NCBI GenBank assembly: GCA_043820105.1
Contig: JBDREC010000030.1
Coordinates: forward strand, 2,888-66,887
Source of the DNA: Pseudomonadota bacterium
GTDB lineage: Bacteria > Bdellovibrionota_F > JAHFAK01 > JBDREC01
DNA length: 64,000 bases
Direction of reading: 5' to 3'
The notes beneath the pieces were generated by a model, which made no database searches, was not told the origin of the DNA, and saw only the letters and a list, made by a program, of their open reading frames with translations. The position numbers and the translations under genes are program-made. Of the stretch, positions 59,930 to 64,000 are shown in pieces. How positions within the stretch are numbered: the stretch's first letter is position 1; every line of letters starts with the position of its first letter.

Positions 59930-59951
59930 TTTTTTCTATTGGATACATAAG

Positions 59952-60473
59952 ATGACCAAAATCGACTTAATCAAATCTGATATCACAAAACTCAAAATTG
60001 ATGCTATAGTTAATGCAGCCAACAATTCTTTACTTGGCGGTGGTGGTGTTGATGGAGCTATTCATAGAACAGCTGGTCCAGAATTGCTGGAGGAATGCAA
60101 AACTCTTGGAGGTTGTAATACAGGCGATGCCAAAATCACTAAGGCCTATAATCTTCCCTGTAAATATGTTATCCATACCGTAGGGCCTGTATGGAAAGCT
60201 GGAAAAAATAATGAAGAAAAACTCCTGGCTTCTTGTTATAAAAACTGTCTGGATCTTGCCAATCAATATAAAATTAAAACAATAGCTTTCCCATGCATAA
60301 GTACTGGAGTTTATCTGTTTCCTAAAGAAAAGGCTTGCAAAATTGCTATATTCCAAACTTTAGATTTCATAAAAAACAAACCCCTTATTGAGAAAATTAT
60401 TTTTTGTTGTTTTTCTGATAAAGATTATAATATCTATAAAACATTAGCATTTTTTAATATTGACGGAAATTAA
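59952..60473 (+). CDS. Macro-domain protein (O-acetyl-ADP-ribose deacetylase, YmdB-like)
   Basis: [25 protein letters not shown] and the Gly-rich loops of the macro fold. 173 aa. Confidence 0.85.
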   Translation: MTKIDLIKSDITKLKIDAIVNAANNSLLGGGGVDGAIHRTAGPELLEECKTLGGCNTGDAKITKAYNLPCKYVIHTVGPVWKAGKNNEEKLLASCYKNCLDLANQYKIKTIAFPCISTGVYLFPKEKACKIAIFQTLDFIKNKPLIEKIIFCCFSDKDYNIYKTLAFFNIDGN

Positions 60474-60495
60474 TTTTTATAACAGATTTTTTACA

Positions 60496-60540
60496 GGAGA
60501 GATGGCTGAGCTGGCCGAAAGCGTCCGACTCGAAATCGGA
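60496..60540 (+). pseudogene. 5' fragment of a tRNA-Ser (anticodon CGA): acceptor 5' strand, class-II D-arm and complete anticodon arm only
   Basis: GGAGAGA-TG-GCTGAGCTGGCCGAAAGC-G-TCCGA-CTCGAAA-TCGGA. No variable-arm stem, T-arm (GGTTCGAATCC-like) or acceptor 3' strand in the next 150 nt. Confidence 0.5.
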
Positions 60541-60631
60541 TAGGTGGTATTTCATGCGAATAAATTGACATGAATTTGCCAATATAATAGATTACTGTTC
60601 TCTTTATAAATTCTACAAGTAAGGGTTAATT

Positions 60632-61951
60632 ATGAAAATTAAAAAACTGATTTCAATTTTAGCTGCGTCTTTCTTTTTTCTTTCACTATCTATCATAGTT
60701 TCAGCAAAAGATTTTACTTATTTAGTAGGAGCAGGAAGTGATGCTGGAAAACAGGCTGCCACAGCACAATCGGCCACTTGGGTAAAAAACCTTACAAAAG
60801 CTATAAATAAGGCTGCAAATGATATAAACGCTGGGGGCGATGTCAGTGTGCTTATAAAAGTAGCAGCTGGCGATTACAATGGAGATATGGGCTCCGGAGC
60901 ATATGCTATACCTTTATTAAATAACTTGAATGGAACTTTGAAAATTGAAGGTGGTTATGATTCAAGCTTTGCTAGCAGAAATCCCTTTGCTACACCATCC
61001 AAAATAGTTACAGTTAAAGACAGATCAGCTCCAATTATAACTTTTACAACTAAATCAAAGCTTAAAGCATTGATTGTTGATGGCCTTATTTTTGATTCTG
61101 AGGCTTCCAATGCTTATGATAAAAAATCCAATACTTTACTATATGGCAAATCCTGCTCTCATGTATTTGTAAAATACAATTATCTGGAACTTAATTTACT
61201 GGAATATAAGAATGTTGTTTTCATGAACGCAGCCAACAGAGTTATGGAAACTCTTGTAAGAGCTGCTACTCCTGAGGCAGAGGTTCATTTTTACAACACA
61301 GTTTTTTTAAATAACAGGATTCCCTTAAAACTTGATGGTCCAGGCTATAAAAACAAGATAAATAAAATAATTGTTGATCATTGCAGTTTTATCCTTAACT
61401 GGGCCTACAATCCTGATCCTAACACAGGTCTACCAGCTGCCTTGGAAATTGGCACAAATAACGCTCTTAATGAAATAGTATTAACAAATAATTTGTTTTA
61501 CAGTAATTTTGGAGGTGCTATTATTGCACTTAATGCAAAATCCCCTGGCATGACTATTAATAAAAACAATTTTATTGGAAACGGCCTACTACATGGGGAA
61601 TCTGAACCTTCTGCAGTAGCTATGATAATTTCCGCTGGTGGGAAAAAACAGCCAATTAATGTTGCAACAATAGAAGATGTCAACTTTGTAAATGAAGCAG
61701 AAGGCAATGTTTCTATTTCACCAGGAATTTCATATTCTCTTGGAAATGTAAAAACAGTTGACGCAAATAAAATAAAAGCAAATGAAAACTGGCAAAATGT
61801 AATAAAATCAATACTAGGACTTAATTTAGATGGTGGCAAGGTTTCAGTCAAAGACTATGCGCCTAAACAAAACTATGATCCCAAGTATCCTCCTTTTGCA
61901 ACAGTAACCCCTGCTTTAGCTTATGGTGCTTCGGAAAAACTTGCCAAATAA
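60632..61951 (+). CDS. Secreted hypothetical protein, possibly right-handed beta-helix fold
   Basis: Signal peptide. N/G/T-rich repetitive short strands. 439 aa. Confidence 0.5.
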   Translation: MKIKKLISILAASFFFLSLSIIVSAKDFTYLVGAGSDAGKQAATAQSATWVKNLTKAINKAANDINAGGDVSVLIKVAAGDYNGDMGSGAYAIPLLNNLNGTLKIEGGYDSSFASRNPFATPSKIVTVKDRSAPIITFTTKSKLKALIVDGLIFDSEASNAYDKKSNTLLYGKSCSHVFVKYNYLELNLLEYKNVVFMNAANRVMETLVRAATPEAEVHFYNTVFLNNRIPLKLDGPGYKNKINKIIVDHCSFILNWAYNPDPNTGLPAALEIGTNNALNEIVLTNNLFYSNFGGAIIALNAKSPGMTINKNNFIGNGLLHGESEPSAVAMIISAGGKKQPINVATIEDVNFVNEAEGNVSISPGISYSLGNVKTVDANKIKANENWQNVIKSILGLNLDGGKVSVKDYAPKQNYDPKYPPFATVTPALAYGASEKLAK

Positions 61952-61981
61952 TTTATTGGTTTTCACTGAAAAGGTATTCTA

Positions 61982-62179
61982 ATGAAAAAGATTTTTTGTT
62001 ATTTAATTTGTCTAGCTTTTTTAGCCTCAATCCTTTCCTGTGCCCCACGATTTCGTCCCAAACCAAGAGCTTGTGGTCCAGACCACACGTGGAATGGAAA
62101 AAAATGTGTTAAACTCTTAAATGCAAAAAAGTGTCCGATAGCTTATCATTGGAATGGTTTTAAATGTGTGAAAAATTAG
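61982..62179 (+). CDS. Small Cys-rich lipoprotein with internal duplication (H-x-WNG-x-KCVK twice)
   Basis: Lipobox ILSC. 65 aa. The two halves read GPDHTWNGKKCVK and IAYHWNGFKCVK. Confidence 0.45.
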   Translation: MKKIFCYLICLAFLASILSCAPRFRPKPRACGPDHTWNGKKCVKLLNAKKCPIAYHWNGFKCVKN

Positions 62180-62198
62180 TTAATTTAAGCTAAATAGA

Positions 62199-62576
62199 TT
62201 ACAGAGACCTAACTTCACGATGTACTAGATATTTATCTATTTCAACGAGGGTTACTTTGCTAACGTCAATAAATTCAATGCCCAACATTGGATAGGAATA
62301 TTGATCATCTTTCTTTTTTTCGTCGATTCGAATAACTTTTCCCTTAACAGTATTAACATGGTTCCCTGTTGGTAATTTGAATTTAAGAGTCAGAATCATT
62401 CCTTTTTCAATATGAAAGCTTTCTTCTAATAATATTCTTGTTTCCAGACCAATTCCTCCTTTGCTAATATTTTTAGCATAGGAAAAGCCAAAGTGCATTT
62501 CACCTTCATCATTTAGTATTTTCATGTATACGGGTATTCTAGGGTATTTTCTTTTATCTGACTCTCCATTAGTCAT
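62199..62576 (-). CDS. PilZ-domain c-di-GMP-binding protein
   Basis: RKYPRIP (RxxxR) ... NISKGGIGLET (D/NxSxxG). Confidence 0.7.
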   Translation of the reverse strand: MTNGESDKRKYPRIPVYMKILNDEGEMHFGFSYAKNISKGGIGLETRILLEESFHIEKGMILTLKFKLPTGNHVNTVKGKVIRIDEKKKDDQYSYPMLGIEFIDVSKVTLVEIDKYLVHREVRSL

Positions 62577-62590
62577 GTCATTTCTCCTTA

Positions 62591-62959
62591 TTAACTTTCT
62601 ATTACATCTGCAAAGGGCATAAAAATATTTGATCTTTTTAAGTTTTCCATTGTGTAAACCTGTTTCAAACCATGCCTTGCTTTGGTTTTAATATCTTCAT
62701 AAATATTTTCAGAAACATCAATTATTTCTTTATATTTATCAATAGCCTTTCTTCTTTTTCCTGCTAGATCTAAGCTTCTGGCCATCCATAATGAAGAAAT
62801 ATTTTTTCTGTATTCTAAAGTTTCTATCTCTTGAGAAATAATAAACTGAGTATAGGCCTTATCAAATTTTCGAAACCTTAGCAAAAATAATCCATAGATG
62901 AAATAGTACATTGCTTCTTCAGGGTCAAGCTCAATCGCTTCTTCTAATTTTTCTAGCAA
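62591..62959 (-). CDS. TPR-like helical protein; possibly the C-terminal part of a gene split by a frameshift
   Basis: TTG start overlapping the stop of 62953..63345. The two frames are joined by a T6 run (GGTTTGGTTTTTTGCTAG). Confidence 0.45.
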   Translation of the reverse strand: MLEKLEEAIELDPEEAMYYFIYGLFLLRFRKFDKAYTQFIISQEIETLEYRKNISSLWMARSLDLAGKRRKAIDKYKEIIDVSENIYEDIKTKARHGLKQVYTMENLKRSNIFMPFADVIES

Positions 62960-63345
62960 AAAACCAAACCTGGTTTAAATATCACAGAACTTATATTATG
63001 AACTTGGCCAATTGTATTTGGAAATGCACGGATTTCCTTGCAAATCGGATCATATCTGTCACATATTAGAGATACAGCGTGATTCTCGTCAAAATTTGCG
63101 CCCTGCTCCTTTATATAAGAGTTCATTCTTTCATATCTTGACATATTATGATCATAAATTATTTGGCTTGGATAATATTCATTTTTTTTCATACTTTCAG
63201 TGAGCTTTAAAAAGTATGCAAGTCCACCTTCTTTCATGTCATCTCTTAAAAGCAGAGAGTGATGAAAAGCTCTGTCATAGGCATCACCAGATACTTTAAT
63301 AACATTGAGCCTGCCTACTTTTCCAAGCAAAGAATTTCTATTCAT
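62953..63345 (-). CDS. Hypothetical protein; possibly the N-terminal part of the same split gene
   Basis: 130-aa ORF ending at the T6 run. No domain recognised. Confidence 0.45.
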   Translation of the reverse strand: MNRNSLLGKVGRLNVIKVSGDAYDRAFHHSLLLRDDMKEGGLAYFLKLTESMKKNEYYPSQIIYDHNMSRYERMNSYIKEQGANFDENHAVSLICDRYDPICKEIRAFPNTIGQVHNISSVIFKPGLVFC

Positions 63346-64000
63346 TCAGATTTACCTTTTTATTAAGCTCTGCTAATATATTTAATGCTTCCATTGGAGT
63401 AATATTATTAATATCAATTTCTTTAATTAATTTCAATAAATTATAATTATCATCCTGAACTGGATTAAAAAGACTTAATTGTTTTTTTTCTTTTGCATAT
63501 CTTTTAGAAATATTGGACAAAGACGCAGGAGATATTTTTATTTTATGCTCATCCCCAGATTCTAAACCAGCTAATATTTCCTTTGCCTTAAAAATAACTT
63601 CATCAGGAATTCCAGCAAGCCTTGCAACTTGAATTCCATAGCTCATGCTGGCTGGTCCTGAAAACAATTTTCTTATGAAAATTATTTCGTCATTAAACTC
63701 TTTAACTCCAATATTAAAGTTAGCAATTTTGTCTTTTTCTTTATCTATCTGTGTTAGTTCATGGTAATGAGTGGCAAATAAGGTTCTGGCTTTTATCTTA
63801 TCATGAATATATTCAGCACAAGCCCAGGCTATGCTAATACCATCAAAGGTACTTGTGCCTCGACCTATTTCATCCATGATAATTAAGCTTTCAGAAGTGG
63901 CACTTGATAAAATCGTTGCTGTTTCTCGCATTTCCACCATAAAAGTTGATTCACCGCCAGCTAAATTGTCACTTGCTCCAATTCTGGTGAAAATTCTATC
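63338..64000 (-). CDS. mutS: DNA mismatch repair protein MutS, C-terminal part (N-terminus beyond window)
   Basis: DEIGRGTSTFDGISIAWACAEYI...FATHYHELT, then the C-terminal GPASMSYGIQVARLAGIP helix-turn-helix region. Confidence 0.85.
   Translation of the reverse strand, partial: DRIFTRIGASDNLAGGESTFMVEMRETATILSSATSESLIIMDEIGRGTSTFDGISIAWACAEYIHDKIKARTLFATHYHELTQIDKEKDKIANFNIGVKEFNDEIIFIRKLFSGPASMSYGIQVARLAGIPDEVIFKAKEILAGLESGDEHKIKISPASLSNISKRYAKEKKQLSLFNPVQDDNYNLLKLIKEIDINNITPMEALNILAELNKKVNLNE

Noticed and set aside
1-64000. Searched by eye for rRNA genes, transposases, integrases other than XerC, phage structural genes and restriction-modification genes.
   Set aside because: None recognised. 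The only recombinase is the housekeeping xerC/codV upstream of hslVU.

Overview
The window is AT-rich (roughly 30% GC by eye), densely coded bacterial chromosomal DNA. A LolA-like carrier gene and many signal-peptide or lipobox proteins point to a diderm organism; the single flavodiiron protein gene only suggests an anaerobic or microaerophilic lifestyle.

Recognisable housekeeping genes:
- Cell envelope and translation: murA, prmC, prfA, a DUF1385 gene, rpmE, murJ and a lolA-like gene.
- Proteolysis and recombination: an xerC/codV-like gene followed by a CodW-type hslV and hslU.
- Chaperone, cofactor and repair: htpG, thiC, a comM/yifB-type ATPase, and the 3' end of mutS.
- Sugar and nucleoside cluster: a PfkB-family kinase, a phosphofructokinase with pyrophosphate-type signature residues, deoB, and a pyrimidine-nucleoside phosphorylase.
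- RNA genes: a tRNA-Gln(CUG), and the 5' fragment of a tRNA-Ser(CGA).

Accessory content:
- A toxin-antitoxin island at 32.3-36.7 kb: a RelE/ParE-like toxin with an HTH antitoxin, a standalone type IV pilin gene, hipBA, and a HepT/MNT pair.
- The island is punctuated by a repeated 17-bp perfect palindrome and G-homopolymer tracts (G19 and G7).
- A 1,565-aa membrane protein that combines an M48-like HExxH peptidase domain with a C-terminal UbiB/ABC1-like kinase domain.
- A four-helix-bundle (23S-IVS family) gene bounded exactly by ~45-bp direct repeats.
- A FetAB-like ABC exporter, and many secreted or lipoprotein hypotheticals.

The most distinctive genome-level feature is about 20 short tandem heptanucleotide arrays of 3-6 units each. 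Each array uses a different 7-mer. They sit in almost every larger intergenic spacer, and one lies in-frame inside a coding region.

All calls rest on reading the sequence and the ORF track and on recalled family motifs. No database searches were run.
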